Shown here: in pieces, positions 50,666-63,939 of the stretch | Layout of the letters: every line of letters starts with the position of its first letter | Position numbering within the stretch: position 1 is the first letter of the stretch | Assembly: GCF_006345805.1 (NCBI RefSeq) | Contig: NC_043010.1 | Span: forward strand, 31,248,001-31,312,000 | Length of the DNA: 64,000 nt | DNA from: Octopus sinensis | Taxonomy: Eukaryota | Reading direction: 5' to 3' | The notes under the pieces: model-generated | Told to the model about the DNA's origin: nothing | The model's input: the letters and a program-made list of their open reading frames with translations, nothing else | Database searches by the model: none | Program-made: the position numbers and the translations under genes

Positions 50666-53538
50666 ATATATATATATGTAGAAAAATACAAACTGGGACA
50701 AGAACGTAAAACATTTAGAAGACGATACAAAAAACGGACGGGACATTCGAAGCCTTCAATCTTCAGTCAAGAACCGGATCATCCTAGCAATTTCGGCTGA
50801 TTTATCTTGAGATCGCTCCGATCCGGCCAGCCCCAAGGAAAAACTAAGCTACGAGCATTAGATTTCTTGGAAGAAGGATCGAATGTATACGAAACAGGGA
50901 CAGAAAAACGGACGATGCCACACGAATATAAAATACAAAAAACAATAATGGTAAAATCAGGTCAAAAACAGCGGGTGTCTTACGACTAATAAACAGTACA
51001 ACAAGTTTAGCTGGCGTATTTGGAAATAATGCCTTTATCGGCAGACGAAGACAACGATGTTCTCACGGCAGTGGTCGGAGGCCAAAAGGCTGATTTTGAC
51101 CAGCGGTCACGTGATTAAGAGAGAGAAAAGAAAGGGGGCAACGGAAACAAAGAGAGAGAGAAAGCTGAATGGAAGTGGTTGATGTACATTTATTCATATC
51201 TCTACATGCATCTGCGTGGGTTGTATGTTAGCTGTTAACCCTAGTGAGGAAAGCTCACGAACATCGATATGTTAGAACCAGTGCAGTGCTGTGTAGATGT
51301 TGACGACGTTGGTGAGAGACATCATTAGAGGCGACGAAGATGGAGATCGCTATAATGTGGTCAGTGGTTAGACCTTAGAAAATCTAGAACCAATTGTCGT
51401 AGAGAATAGAAGGAGGTAAGCTTTTATAGCAGACGGGTAGGCTCAAATGCACCTTGGAAAAGACTGTCTCACGTGACTTATTTGAAGGTTGTGATTAGTT
51501 GGGTTGCATATTGGTGCGCGATAGAGTAAGAGATAAATTGCGCCAATACCGACCAATCAGTGTGGTAGACACAACGGGGTCCAAAACATCGTCCAGAGGT
51601 TGGCTGTTACCTGCTACGTTCGTAAGTATTTATATATAAGAGCGGAAGCTTGCTAGAGTTCGCTACACTTTTATCTCTTATAGAGATTTTATAACTAGCT
51701 AATTTACTTGTTAAATGTGTGTGTGTGTGTGTAAATCAAAATTAAAGTTTAGACTTAAATTTAAAATTCAAACTGCGTTTTGGGTATGTCCATGTTCACT
51801 GCTTATAGCTACCTGGCGTCATCCACGGTGATTGCGCAATCGTCGCTGGGTCCACGTTAGGAATTCCTCAGTGCATTGTTTCTTATATTAATCAAAGTAT
51901 GCAGTATTATAGATGCATTACAACCGATCTCATCAATTGGTTTCGCACAGGATATTAGGTAATCTGACAATTAACTCAGAAGCACACTCGTCAGTGTGAC
52001 CAGTATGGAAAAGTCGGAAGGCATCTAATATTCTGTATGAGACTGAATAGTTAAATCGGCTGTAATGGACCTATAATATTATATATTTTCATTAATATAC
52101 CCACTCTCTTGACTAGTACATGAGTGCTTATTTTTGTCTTAGTTATTTCTGAGTTTTGACATCTATATTGAATGTGCGTGTGTGTGTGTGGAGACAGCAA
52201 GAGAGGGTGGGGAGAAAGCAAATTAATAACTAAATAATAAAATCAAATATAAAATAAAATGACAAAAATACAAGAGACATTCACGGTTATAAATATATTT
52301 ATTCTCGTGGTTGGGTGCCGAGCATCTCAAGAACAACCACCGCTTTTCGTTGCAATGTCATGCTCTTTTCCAGGTGAATAGGAGCGGTGAGCCCCGAGTT
52401 CTCTTCCAAGCCGAGGTTGACTCTCTTACCATTTGCCTTTTCATAAACACCCCCAGTCAGTGGGAATTTAAGCTCGGAGTTGACCTTCTCCGAGTCTGGT
52501 TACCTTCCAAACCTGATCGTTCGCCTAGTTATACTGCTGATATTGTGGTGGACATAGTTGTGCCTTCTCCTAGAGACATACTTTAACAAAACAGCTCTAC
52601 AAGTAGCTTGCAGCACGGAATATCTAAACTCCCTGTGTCATTACTGGATAGTCACTGACCTGGTTAACATAACATGCCGTTTACCGACGTAAGAAAGTGA
52701 AGATAACCAGTCCTAAAAATGAAAGTAAATTGCGACGGAACCCGGAAGTGACACCTAAAACTTTCATATAAAGAATGTATGATAACCAATGTATAGAACG
52801 CCCAGTATCCTTCATGCCACTCTCCTCTGTGATATTTCCAACACATATATTTGGATTCGTCTATTTCCATAGTAATGGTTCATCCTATATCATCCAGTCT
52901 ACTGAGTTGCTGCGGATGAATTTCCGAGTGCTGCTCACAAACAACTCTCAGAAAATTACACCTATCAATCATGGTATTATTAATCACTTTTAAATCAAAA
53001 ATCATTTCGGCCTATGGATAGGTGCAGGCGTGCTTGTGTAGTAAGAAGCCTGCTTCCCAATCACGTGCCTTTAAGCAGTACAAAAACAACAAAAAATAGA
53101 AGGTGCAGTTATGTACAGGTTGACGGGAGAAAAGCAGGACTAAAACGGCTTTATCGATCGCATTCTCACCTGGAATCGATTTTTGTCATTTTTTCAAGAC
53201 TTATACACGCCCTGATACCGTCGGTATCTACATATCAAATTTGAGCGCAATCAGATGGAGGATGCCCAAGATCCTAGAAGACACACACACAGACAGACAG
53301 AACGGATTTTATATAATAGATATTTGGTTGGTTGTTGTGGTCGGTTAGAGAGTGAGCATTGGTTTGGCAGGTATAAAACACTTAGCTGTATAGAGGACTT
53401 TTCAGACTAGTTGACCGGTCAACGAATTTGACGCTATAACAAACAACCTTCTAAGCATTACTGCTCTAGTGTTTTAGAACGGGCTTCGTTCAGGATATAT
53501 ATGAACCATTGACCGATGTATTTATATGTGCATGTATG

Positions 53539-53576
<38 letters not shown>

Positions 53577-53580
<4 letters not shown>

Positions 53581-54264
53581 ACGGTGAGTCACCAATATAA
53601 CGGTATGGTTAAGGTGTGAAAGATGTAAGAAGAACAATTATCGAAGTTGTAAAGAAATATTTATTTACCTTTACTTTCTATATATATCCAAAACCATGAC
53701 GGGTTGGTATGTATAATTAGTAAATGGAAAAGCATGCGAGGTTAAGAGAGTTAATTTCGGCCGGTATGTGTGTGCACTTTCTCGTAGTAGTTATTCACAG
53801 ATAGAGATAGGATGATGTTGTAAGAGAAAAGAAATTGAGCTAGTGAAAGTTATAGAATCGAGGTAAGTTGTATCTCATAGTTGGCTGATTGTAACTGTCT
53901 TTTTCCCACTGGCTGCCTGCTTGTGACCATGACTGAAGTTAGTCTCTGTTCACTAACTATTGCCTTACCAAATTCTAGTATTTATAACTATGTAAAACCA
54001 GCTAGAAGAATAAGCATATTGTTGAGAACAATAGATTTCGATGGGAGTCTGTCATCTCTATTCTAGCTATTAGTGAAATAGTAGAGGTTAGAAGAGTCAA
54101 GTGGCTAAGACAATATTCTGCTTAGCGAAGGCATCTGGCAAATGAAACTGCTGTCACAAACAGAAAAACTATTGTTTTACCGTGAGAAAAGTGGTGTTGA
54201 ACTGTTAAGTGAAATTTGGCGATCGAAGATCGAATCCACGCTATGCCTACATGAAGCCACTACA
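53577..54264. mobile_element. Probable solo LTR inserted in a (TA)n tract
   Basis: Starts TGTAACGG and ends CTACA, flanked by TATA on both sides; 688 bp of otherwise unique-looking sequence. Confidence 0.55.
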
Positions 54265-54309
54265 TATATATATATATATGTGTGTGTGGTGTGTGTGTGT
54301 GTGTGTGTG

Positions 54310-54391
<82 letters not shown>
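54310..54391. repeat. (GATA)n microsatellite
   Basis: About 20 perfect AGAT units following (TG)n. Confidence 0.97.
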
Positions 54392-54392
<1 letters not shown>

Positions 54393-54749
54393 ATCAAAAC
54401 AGTTTAATTCAGACCCCTTGGAACAAGCGTGTGGCTAGTCTTTGGTCATTGAAGTCTGAATGAGAATTCGATTGAAGAGAGTCTAGGTTTACTACTGGAC
54501 GTTAGCCTGCGATTGGTTGAGAAAGGTCACACGTATAGCGGTTTGATGTTGTTATTTCAGCGACAACAATTAAGGCTAACGTCCAGCAGTAAACCTGGAC
54601 TCTCTTCAATCGAACTCTCATTCAGACTTCAATGGCCGAAGACTAACCACACTCTTGAAACTCAGAGTACCAAGGGGTCTGAATCAAACTGTTTTGATCT
54701 ATACATGTAACCCACAATAAATGCCCTTCTTTCGTTTGTCTACTCACTC

Positions 54750-54806
<57 letters not shown>

Positions 54807-55384
54807 CGTGTGTGTGTGTGTGTGTGTGAGTGTGTGCGTGTGTGTGTGTGTGTGCGCGCGCGCGTGTATGTATGTATGTATGTATTTATAGGGTAGTGCG
54901 ATCCGAAAGATCCTGCTATAGGACGTTGGTTAAGTTCAAGCATCTTCACAGCTAGTATAGTTGACTAATGGTGGACGATATACGATAAGGAGAATCTTAT
55001 GCACTTTGTCCCTTATCGAGATCAATGGAAATTTCAACAAGTTGACAGTTACAGTATACCTTACTGTTTAGCAACGAACATTGCTAGATATGCGAATAAA
55101 AATCCTAGAATGTAAGGAATGCAAAACGTAAATAAAAATTAAATATGTTTCATAGTTAAATAATGAGTTTTACAACACGAAGGTAATCGGACCTGAGGAT
55201 TATCTAAACAAGTTGTGTGCGCGTTACAAATTTTGCAACACGCATTGTTTAGCTATGAAACATGTGTAGTCATTATTTACGTTTTCCATTCCTTACTTTC
55301 TCGACTATAAAGAAACTAAGTCGTGAGGAGATACCCATCTGTATATATATATATATAATATATATATATATTATATATATATAT

Positions 55385-55542
55385 ATACACTTTATTTTAA
55401 GCAGCAGAAAATTCAACAAAATCTGTTACTCTGAGTTTCTCGTTGCCGTTCGTCAGACAGTTTTTGCATATTACTCTACCACTGGTATTTGAGTACTCTT
55501 TTTTTTCCACCTTGTTTCACATTTATGTGTTTACTCCGGTAA
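55385..55542 (-). mobile_element. Solo Penelope-type pLTR unit with hammerhead (family H3)
   Basis: 55469-55540 is essentially identical to 61180-61250, next to a PLE ORF; HHR at 55423-55460. Confidence 0.8.
55423..55460 (-). ncRNA. Type I hammerhead ribozyme motif
   Basis: Minus strand CTGT-CTGACGA-ACG(gcaa)CGA-GAAA-CTC-A-GAG-T-A^-ACAG: stem I CTGT/ACAG, stem III ACTC/GAGT, GUA cleavage triplet; the stem II closing pair is mismatched. Confidence 0.65.
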
Positions 55543-55549
55543 ATATACA

Positions 55550-56052
55550 TACAGATGTGTATCTCCTCACGACTTTGTTTCTTTATAACTTTCTGAAAAA
55601 AATAAACATTTTTTTTTAATGAAATTTTCCGGAGGTACATTTTAGACGATGTAGAGTAGAGTTACATCGGAATTTGCTGTGGAAATTTTTCGTAGTGGTG
55701 GAAAGGAATTTCGGATAATTGACACACTCTGATTTCTGTTCTCATAAGTTTCTGGCCATTTGTAATTGTATACATATCAGATGGTGCTGTTATGTCGAAG
55801 TTTGAAATGAAAAAAATTGAGGTAACGTCGGGTAATGCGCACACACACCAACTTTGTTTCCTCATACATGTTGAGGAGGCATGTGAATTAACCCCCCCCC
55901 CCCCCACACACACACACATTATTTTTCACAAATTCCGATATGACCTTATTCTAGATCATATGAAACATGTCTGCAGAAAATATTATTTTTAAAAATATCC
56001 ATTTTTCAGAAAGTTACGAGGGAACAAAGTCAGGCAAGGGACACATGCCTTA
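55550..56052. mobile_element. Tc1/mariner-like MITE (degenerate TIRs)
   Basis: GACTTTGTTTCTTTATAACTTTCTGAAAAA versus inverted TTTTTCAGAAAGTTACGAGGGAACAAAGTC; TA flanks. Confidence 0.6.
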
Positions 56053-58125
56053 ATTATTCAGTGTTTATTTTAAATATATATAATCACGAGAAAAAAACAA
56101 AACAAACAAAAATCGATCTTTTTCGTTCTAAGTTCAAATCACATCGAGGTCAACATTATCTTTTGTTTTTCTGAGATCGATAAAACAAAATATCAGTCAT
56201 GGAGTGTGATCGATTTAAATATACCGACATAAGCGAATAGAATTATAATAAAGGAATCACAAGTGACTTGCGAATTGTTCTTCTGTTGTTAATTTTTTTT
56301 TAATATACACAGTGAAGAACGTAACCCTCCATAGAGATGGGCATGACCGGAACGTCTTTGATTATAAGCCTGATCAATCAGCTGTAATGCTCAGCACTAA
56401 AATAAATAAGAAAAGGATGTTAAAATATTTGAAAGAAAAACAATTAACTCCCTTCTATGTGAGTCGTAACTAAGCGAATGTATAATTTGGTTCACAGAGT
56501 GCATTAGTACAGTCTTCTCGGCTATTTGCTTGCATGGCAAACTGAACTTGCCACTGTTAGGTTGTTGTAGTCAGTGCGTGTGTGTGTATGTGTGGCCCGC
56601 CTCTCCTGGCTGTAACACACGGAAGGTAGGTGTTTACCACGACCAAGTTCTCTTACTCTCTCTCTCTCTCTCTCTCTCTTTCACATTATTAGCTCTTACT
56701 GAGAACGGGACGTCGAAGATGAGGATGATGATGATGATATTTGAAGGAGTGTAGGAGGCAAAGAGGGTCGGTTGGTTGGGCGGACGGCTGATTGTCAGTA
56801 AAGAAGTGTATTTATCAATCGACGAGCTAGATGCGATTGCTGTATGTATGCGGGTGTGTTTATGTTTATGTATATCTGTGACGAAGGGGTGCATGTGTGT
56901 GAATGTGTCTCAGAGTGGGAGAGATTGTGTATGAATGCATGCTTAATATGTGTGTTTGTAACTGTGCATTGATTGTATAAGTAAAGACATGGAAAGACAG
57001 AGAGTGTGTATGTATGTCAGACGAAAAGGCGTCAAATGTATTGAGGGGAGAAAAAATTGTGTATATGTGTGTGCATAATAAAAATACAAAATTGACTTTA
57101 ATTATTTATATTTTCTTTGGCATTAAACTGCACGTTCAAATTGTTCCGATTACATTTTAATATTGAGATCACAATTTCTCTTCCGCTTTCAAGCTTCTGT
57201 AATTGCTCGGAAAATTTTCACTTTGGTACAAAATAAAACAGTTACAGTTTTGTCAATTAGCATGCTTTGTTGTGTATATGTGCGATGGGATATAATTATA
57301 CTCAAAAACACTTCTGCGTGCGTGTTTGTGAATGTTTAATTATAACGATCTAACAATCCTGTAAGAGGTCCGATATATATATATATATGCACACACAACT
57401 TTCCGGGGAGTAATACCTAAAGCAGTAATAATGAAACTGTATAAAGTGAAGTTGAAGTCGGAAGATATAACTTTCTAAGTACTGGCATTGTCTCGATTTT
57501 ATGATCCATCATCCTTCTTCCATAGTCGCCGACCCACAGTTACATTTTATTTATATTAATTAGTTGCTTAACCCCCAGTTGAGCGCTAACTGAGCAGAGA
57601 TATTATCAAAGTCGTTCCAAACACGACCAAACCATATATTTAAGAGGTATCTAGAACTATCCTTTCCTGTGATCTCAGGAAGGTTCGGCTGCTATTTCAA
57701 GCAAGTCAAACGACCGCATAAAGTTGCCCTCATTAACTCGTCAAATTAGTTCTTGTTTATTTAAACTTTAATTAGGAGACGTTCCAGTTGTAACTGATCT
57801 ATCTTTTTTTGTATATCTAGGACAAATTTATTCCAATATGTCCTTTACGACAGTTAAGGCGTGATCTGAGGTAGATTTGACTGCTTTTTCATGCAAATCA
57901 AACGATGTCAGAGGCTCCTCGGTTCAACAACCTTAGATGTGCGATATGCAGGACCAGTACGCACGCATACGCGGGCGCGCATACACACAAACACATAAAC
58001 ACACACGTAAACGAACACGCACGTACGCATTACATTTCCCAAGTGCTACAGGTTAGAACTATTCTGATATATATATATATATATATAACCCTAACCACTG
58101 AGTGTACGTATTCTTTACTTTCGCC

Positions 58126-58170
<45 letters not shown>

Positions 58171-59534
58171 AGTAGCGTTGCATATATCGTTTCTTGAAAT
58201 ATCCGGATGCTTGTTGCTGTGACATGTTTGTGCTCCAGATATCATTTCGAGAAATATTCGAATGCTTGTCAAATACTTAAGAAAATTTCTTTGAAACTGC
58301 AACAAATGAATATTGTATATGTTTATTATTTAAGAGAAAAATCCAAAACAGTATTTGAATGAAATATGCCTTGCGAAAAAAGCAATGGAAAAAAAAAACA
58401 AAATAAAATACTGCTCGATATGTGTCCTATAAACATTTTTGTATTTATATAACAGTGTCTTTTATCAAAGCCGCTAGTCGACTAAGTTTTGAGTGAAATT
58501 TGGGAGACAGAAAGTCTTTGGAAACCTGTCGAAAGGCTTCCATATACTTCCCGTCGTTGTATTTAAGTGGTAGGCTTAATCCAAAGCCTGCTTGTAACAC
58601 CATCACCACCGGACCTTTAGGGGTTGGGCGAGGGGAGCTTTTGCGGAGACCGACCTTGCAATAATTCAAACTAGGTCTCTGGTCTGAGGAAAACTTCATT
58701 GCTTAGACCCACCAGTTGTAGATGTAAAAAATTGTTCTTGAGCTTGCCTGTCCTCTTCTAGTTTATATCACTTAATAAAGTCGGAAATTGTTTGAATCTT
58801 ATACATGAATATATCGTACACCTTCGTTTTCATTCTACTCTCGACAATATTCAGCTGAAATTTGAATGGAGACTTTTTTCTTTTCTTTTTTTTTTTTTTG
58901 CCATGGCATCTGAACTGTGGCCTAGTGGTTAGGATGTTGCAAGATTGTGGTTTCGATTCTCGGACCGGGCGGTGCATTATGTTCCTGAGCAAAACAATTC
59001 CTTTTATGTTACTCCAGTTCACTCAGCTGTAAATGCGACGGGCTGGCGACCCGTTCGGGAGGGAACGTTGTGATTTCATTCGCTTATATGCTATGGAAAT
59101 CGGGTAACCGGCCCTATGAGTTTTAGAACACGAGACAGTAATGTCCATGGGTTGATGATGAACAATGAGAGTTGATTTTTCTTAGATCTAGATTCAGCAA
59201 GTATGTGACTATGCAACCATGAATGTTCTTTCTTATCCAAAAATAGCTGTCCTTACTTTTAATGATGTAGGGTGAAATTTGGTTGCTATTTCTAATTTTT
59301 TTGAGCGACCTCATAGAGGCTCCTTCATTATCTCGGTATACTGACATTAATGACTTTAGATTAATTTGAATAATTTTTTTCTAAAGAACTCAAATCTAGT
59401 TTTCGTATAATGAACACATTCACAATTAAATTTCAGTTTTATTGCGCCTTATTTAGCCTTCATTTAGCTGTCACCGATCAAAGACGTTCCAACCTTGTCC
59501 GTCTAAATTTTGTATATGAAGGACTATTGTCTAA

Positions 59535-59711
59535 TCTCTCTCTCCCTCCCCTCCCTTCCACTCTGTCTGTTTGTCTCTCTCTCTCTCTCTCTCCCTCCCT
59601 CCCTCCCTCTCTCTCCTCTCTCTCCCTCCCTCCCTCCCTCCTCTCTCTCTCTCTCCCTCCCTCCCTCCCTCCCTCTCTCTCTCTCTCTCTCCTCCCTCCC
59701 TCCTCTCTCTC

Positions 59712-59803
<92 letters not shown>
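59535..59803. repeat. CT/CCCT polypyrimidine microsatellite
   Basis: About 270 bp of almost pure C/T (triplex/H-DNA-prone by composition). Confidence 0.97.
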
Positions 59804-59806
<3 letters not shown>

Positions 59807-60104
59807 AGACAGTACGATGTGATTTAATAGAAATATCCTACTATTTCTAGCAGCACAAGCGGCATCATAGGCATTCCCTTGTTGGTTTATATTATCGGTG
59901 GCAGTAGTAAACTAGGAGCAAACCGTAACTGTATTAACATCTGATACATGGGTTCGATTACTACCGGGATAGTTAAATTCACTTTGATATTGATTGTGTG
60001 TGTATATTATAGCAAAAGGGATCCATGTAGTCTCTCCGACTGTTAGAAATAGCAGTCAAATTCTATCAAATCACATCGTCATTTTATCAGAAGAAAAGAA
60101 ACGG

Positions 60105-60505
60105 TTTTATCTTTTACTTGTTTCGGCCATTGGACTGTGGCCATGCTGGAGGATGACCTTGGAGGGTTTAGTCGAACAAATCACCTCCAGTACTTATTTT
60201 CTTTTTAAGACTGACACTTATTCTATCGGTCTCGTATACCGAACCGCTAGTTTACAGTTCGTAAACAAACCAACACTTGTTGCCAAGTGGTGGCAGTTGG
60301 TGAGGGACAAATACAGGCGCGCGCGCGCACACACACACACATACACGTATTACAAGCTTCCACACTATTGCCGTCTATTAAATTCACTCACAAGGCATTG
60401 GTAAAAAAAAGTGCTGTAGAAGACACTTACCCAAGGTGCCATGCAGTAGGACTGAACTCCAAACCATGTGATTGCAAAGCAAGCTTCTTAACAACAGCCA
60501 TACAT
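60105..60505 (-). mobile_element. Composite SINE (family B+D), reverse copy
   Basis: Same two-domain architecture with internal (GC)n(CA)n. Confidence 0.8.
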
Positions 60506-60826
60506 ATAGCTTAAACAATATTGTCGCAGACAAATATGAAAAAAAAAAAAAAAGGATGTTCTGGGTTCCATCCCACTGCAATAGATGCAGGCACAGCTGT
60601 GTGGTAAGAAGCTTGCTTCCTAACCACACGGTTCTGAGTTCAATCCTACTGTGTGGCACTTTAAGCAAATTAGACATGGGAACTTTGATTTCCCTTTGCA
60701 AATACTGTTCACGCACAGACAGTGTATCTTTAGCCTGCTGGAGGAGATGTCTTCCTGGGGATATATAAACTACAGTAGCATCGTCCCATATAAGTCAGCC
60801 ACATTTAGGTGGCAAATATACTTCAT

Positions 60827-60859
<33 letters not shown>

Positions 60860-60862
<3 letters not shown>

Positions 60863-61247
60863 ATATATGTCTGCAATTGGTTGGTATATTTGCGGAATTT
60901 AATTTTCCTAATAAGCTCGAAAAGGTCTTTCTCGAAGGCTTCTAATTCCGGAATCGGTGGCGGGTTTCTGGGAGATTTAAATCCATATTTGTTTCCTTCT
61001 ATTTTCTGTTTATTATCAAAGAAGAAGGCTTTCCATCTCAGTCTTCTAATAAACTCTTCCGTTTTCTCTATAAGACCTTTGAGATATTGTTTCCGTGCAG
61101 GGATAGGTATATTTTTCTGAGAAAAATCCAGCGGGTAAAGTTCCATCTTTATTACTCTACCACTGGTATTACCACTGGTATATTACTCTACCACTGGTAT
61201 TTGAGTACTCTTTTTTCCACCTTGTTTCACATTTATGTGTTTACTCC

Positions 61248-61250
<3 letters not shown>
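60860..61250 (-). mobile_element. Penelope-like element 5' fragment (pLTR segment plus ORF N-terminus)
   Basis: [16 protein letters not shown]...[23 protein letters not shown]...[22 protein letters not shown] matches PLE N-terminal motifs; truncated and flanked by (TA)n on both sides. Confidence 0.85.
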
Positions 61251-61314
<64 letters not shown>

Positions 61315-61478
61315 ATATATATGTATATATGTATGTATATATATATGTATATATATATGTATATATATATGTATGTATATATATATGTATATATATATGT
61401 ATATATATATATGTATATATATATGTATATATATATATGTATATATATATATGTATATATTATATGTATATATATATG

Positions 61479-61548
<70 letters not shown>

Positions 61549-61560
61549 TATATATATATA
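61251..61560. repeat. (TA)n / (ATATATATGT)n microsatellite
   Basis: About 310 bp AT-only tract with periodic G. Confidence 0.97.
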
Positions 61561-61825
61561 CGGAGGCGCAATCGCCAGTGGTTAGGGCAGCGGACTCGTG
61601 GTCGTAGGATTGCGGTTTTTATTCCCAGACCGGGCGTTGTGAGTGTTTATTGAGCGACAACACCTAAAAGCTCCATGAGGCTCCGGCAGGAGGTGGTGAT
61701 CCCTGCTGTACTCTTTCACCACTCTTTCTTCTGTTGGCCTGTTCGCTTAGCCAGCGGGGTGGCACTTTGTGACCAGCGATGTGTAACAACATCTGATGGT
61801 CTGGTCGGTCACGTGATCACGTGAT
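61561..61825 (+). mobile_element. tRNA-derived SINE
   Basis: GGAGGCGCAATCGCCAGTGGTTAGGGCAGCGGACTCG head; tail ending GGTCACGTGATCACGTGAT. Confidence 0.7.
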
Positions 61826-61841
61826 ATATATATATACAGGC

Positions 61842-62340
61842 TTGGCTCCCCTGTCAGCATTTATCTGCACTCTTCTTACAGTATTAAGTGTATTTTATAT
61901 CTTATTTCTAGCAATGTAGGTGTGTTGGCACCTTAGTCACCCTCAGTGATGATTGAATTCTCTCCTTTATGGCATCACATTGCACTTAGCTGTTTATATT
62001 AAGTTTTATATACACATTAGCATTCCGCTAAGTCGTCCATAAATTTTTATGGTAAATGCATATATATTGACGGGTGAAATTAGCCAAACATGTGCCATTT
62101 GAGCAGCCCTCACTGAAGATGTTCACAGAATAGACAGAACCAGATTTCTAGTCTGAGGATTTTCAAGTCATCATGAGGTAGTTGGCTCTCCCGTCAGCAT
62201 GTATCTGTGCTCTTCATACAGGATTAAGAGTATTTTAACTTTTATTTCTAGCAATATAGGTGCATCAGCACCCTTAGTCACACTTGGTAACAATTGAATT
62301 TTTTCTTTATAGTATTACATTACACTTAGATGATTATATA
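61842..62340 (+). repeat. Two diverged ~160-bp direct repeats
   Basis: 61842-62000 and 62182-62340 share TTGGCTC...GTCAGCAT.TATCTG...TTATTTCTAGCAAT.TAGGTG...TTAGTCAC...ATTGAATT...ACATT.CACTTAG. Confidence 0.85.
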
Positions 62341-62354
62341 TATATATATATATA

Positions 62355-62674
62355 ACGTTGGTTAATGCAGTGCAATCACCTAGAGGTTTTGAGTTCAATT
62401 CCAGGCAAGGTACTAAGGTAATTCAAAAAAATAACAACTGAAGGAAAAAATGTCATGGATACAGAGAGTGGAATGAGAACAGTGCACCCCTGTGAATCAA
62501 ATAAAGGGCTAGATTCGAAATTCTGATACAAAAACCGAGTTCAACACAAGACACTTGAAGAGGGCTGGTGCCTACAACAGCTGAAACATAGCTGAAAAGC
62601 AACAATCAAGATGAGGACACGAGTCCCAAATAATACATAATCTAAAATTCCTCATCTAACAAATATAGAACTGT
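62355..62674 (+). mobile_element. Second, degenerate copy of tRNA-headed HHR retroposon (family H1)
   Basis: Head remnant GGTTAA...GAGTTCAATTCC, GGAATGAGAAC, CAAGACAC-TTGAAGA-GGGCTG...CAGCT-GAAAC, CAAGATGAGGAC and AAATATAGAACTGT. Confidence 0.7.
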
Positions 62675-63444
62675 AATACATTGTAATTTCTCTCCCTCTT
62701 TCCTCCTCTCTCTCAAGTTGAGTATCCAGTCAGCTGTGCCAAATTGCCAGTGTCTGAATAGTCACACTCACTTACCTTATTCTGATTGTATCACTGCATC
62801 CATTCCAGCTCAGCACTAAACACTATGCTCAGTTTTTCCCCTCCAGAACATTGCCTCTCTGGAATTCACTTCTTGCCCATGTTTTTCTCACTGTCACTGA
62901 CTTAAAACTGTTAGCAGTCCTGTGAAGCCTTAGGTACTGAGCTTTTCTCCAAATTAATCCAATGAAAAACAAATAAAAATAATCCTTGTTTGTTTTGCAT
63001 ATTCTTCTCTTCTTTTACTGGTTTCATTCATCAAGCAGCCGTTATGTAGTCACAGCCTTCAGCGGTTTTAATTGATCATATCAGCCTTTGTACTTATTGC
63101 ACTTTTGTACGTGCTTATTGATCTCTGTTTGTTGAACTGCTACATTACATTTTGTCTACATTGGTAAACATGAACATATACTTACATACAAATGCATACA
63201 CACATTCATACACATTTTCATACATGCACTCACACATATACAACCTGCTTTACACAGTTTCTGCCTACCGAGTTCCATTCCATACTCAAGGCTAGAAAAG
63301 ACATTGAACCCCAAAAATACATGTATGCACTCACATATGCATGCATGCATACAATCACATATACATGCATGCATGCACACACTCACATATTTAAGCTCGT
63401 AGGTTCAAAAATAGTACCTGAATACTAAAGGTTGAGTAAAATAT

Positions 63445-63605
63445 TATTTTATTGAAGCTGAAAAGAGTTTCAGAGAGCCAATCATCAGACAGTCATGAGT
63501 ATTTAGAACAATGCATTGTTCTGAATATGCATGATGACTGTCTGATGATTGGTTATATGAAACTCGGAGTAACAGTTTGTGAAGTTTTTCAGCTTCAATA
63601 AAATA
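63445..63605. repeat. Fold-back palindrome containing HHR motifs in both orientations
   Basis: Centre AGAACAATGCATTGTTCT is a perfect palindrome; outer arms TATTTTATTGAAGCTGAAAA / TTTTCAGCTTCAATAAAATA. Confidence 0.9.
63538..63575 (+). ncRNA. Type I hammerhead ribozyme motif (H3-related), weak stem II
   Basis: CTGT-CTGATGA-ttggttatat-GAAA-CTC-G-GAG-T-A^-ACAG. Confidence 0.6.
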
Positions 63606-63624
63606 CTATATGCATGCACACACG

Positions 63625-63678
<54 letters not shown>

Positions 63679-63939
63679 GATTGTCTTTTTTTTTTACTTA
63701 CTGGATCTAGAAGAGAGGGCAATGCTCATGACCTTTGCAAGTCCTCCAAGGCTGGTGAAATTGCTGCCATTAATGTTTCTCTTGAATCATGTAGGAAATA
63801 TTTGAGCAGAGAGGTGGGGGGAATACTGTAGGGGGTGGGGCTGATGTTCTGAGAAAGAAAGTTTTATATCCTTGTATTGGATAAATAATATAACGAAGTA
63901 GGAAGGAAGAAAGTATATATGCGATGCACTACTATTACT

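Noticed and set aside
50741-50800. Minus-strand CTGAAGA...TTCGAATGTC hammerhead-like string
   Set aside because: No GAAA and no stem I pairing.
1798-63805. Many ORF-track entries rich in YI/HT/CV/SL/RE repeats
   Set aside because: They are translations of (TA)n, (CA)n, (TATG)n and (CT)n microsatellites.
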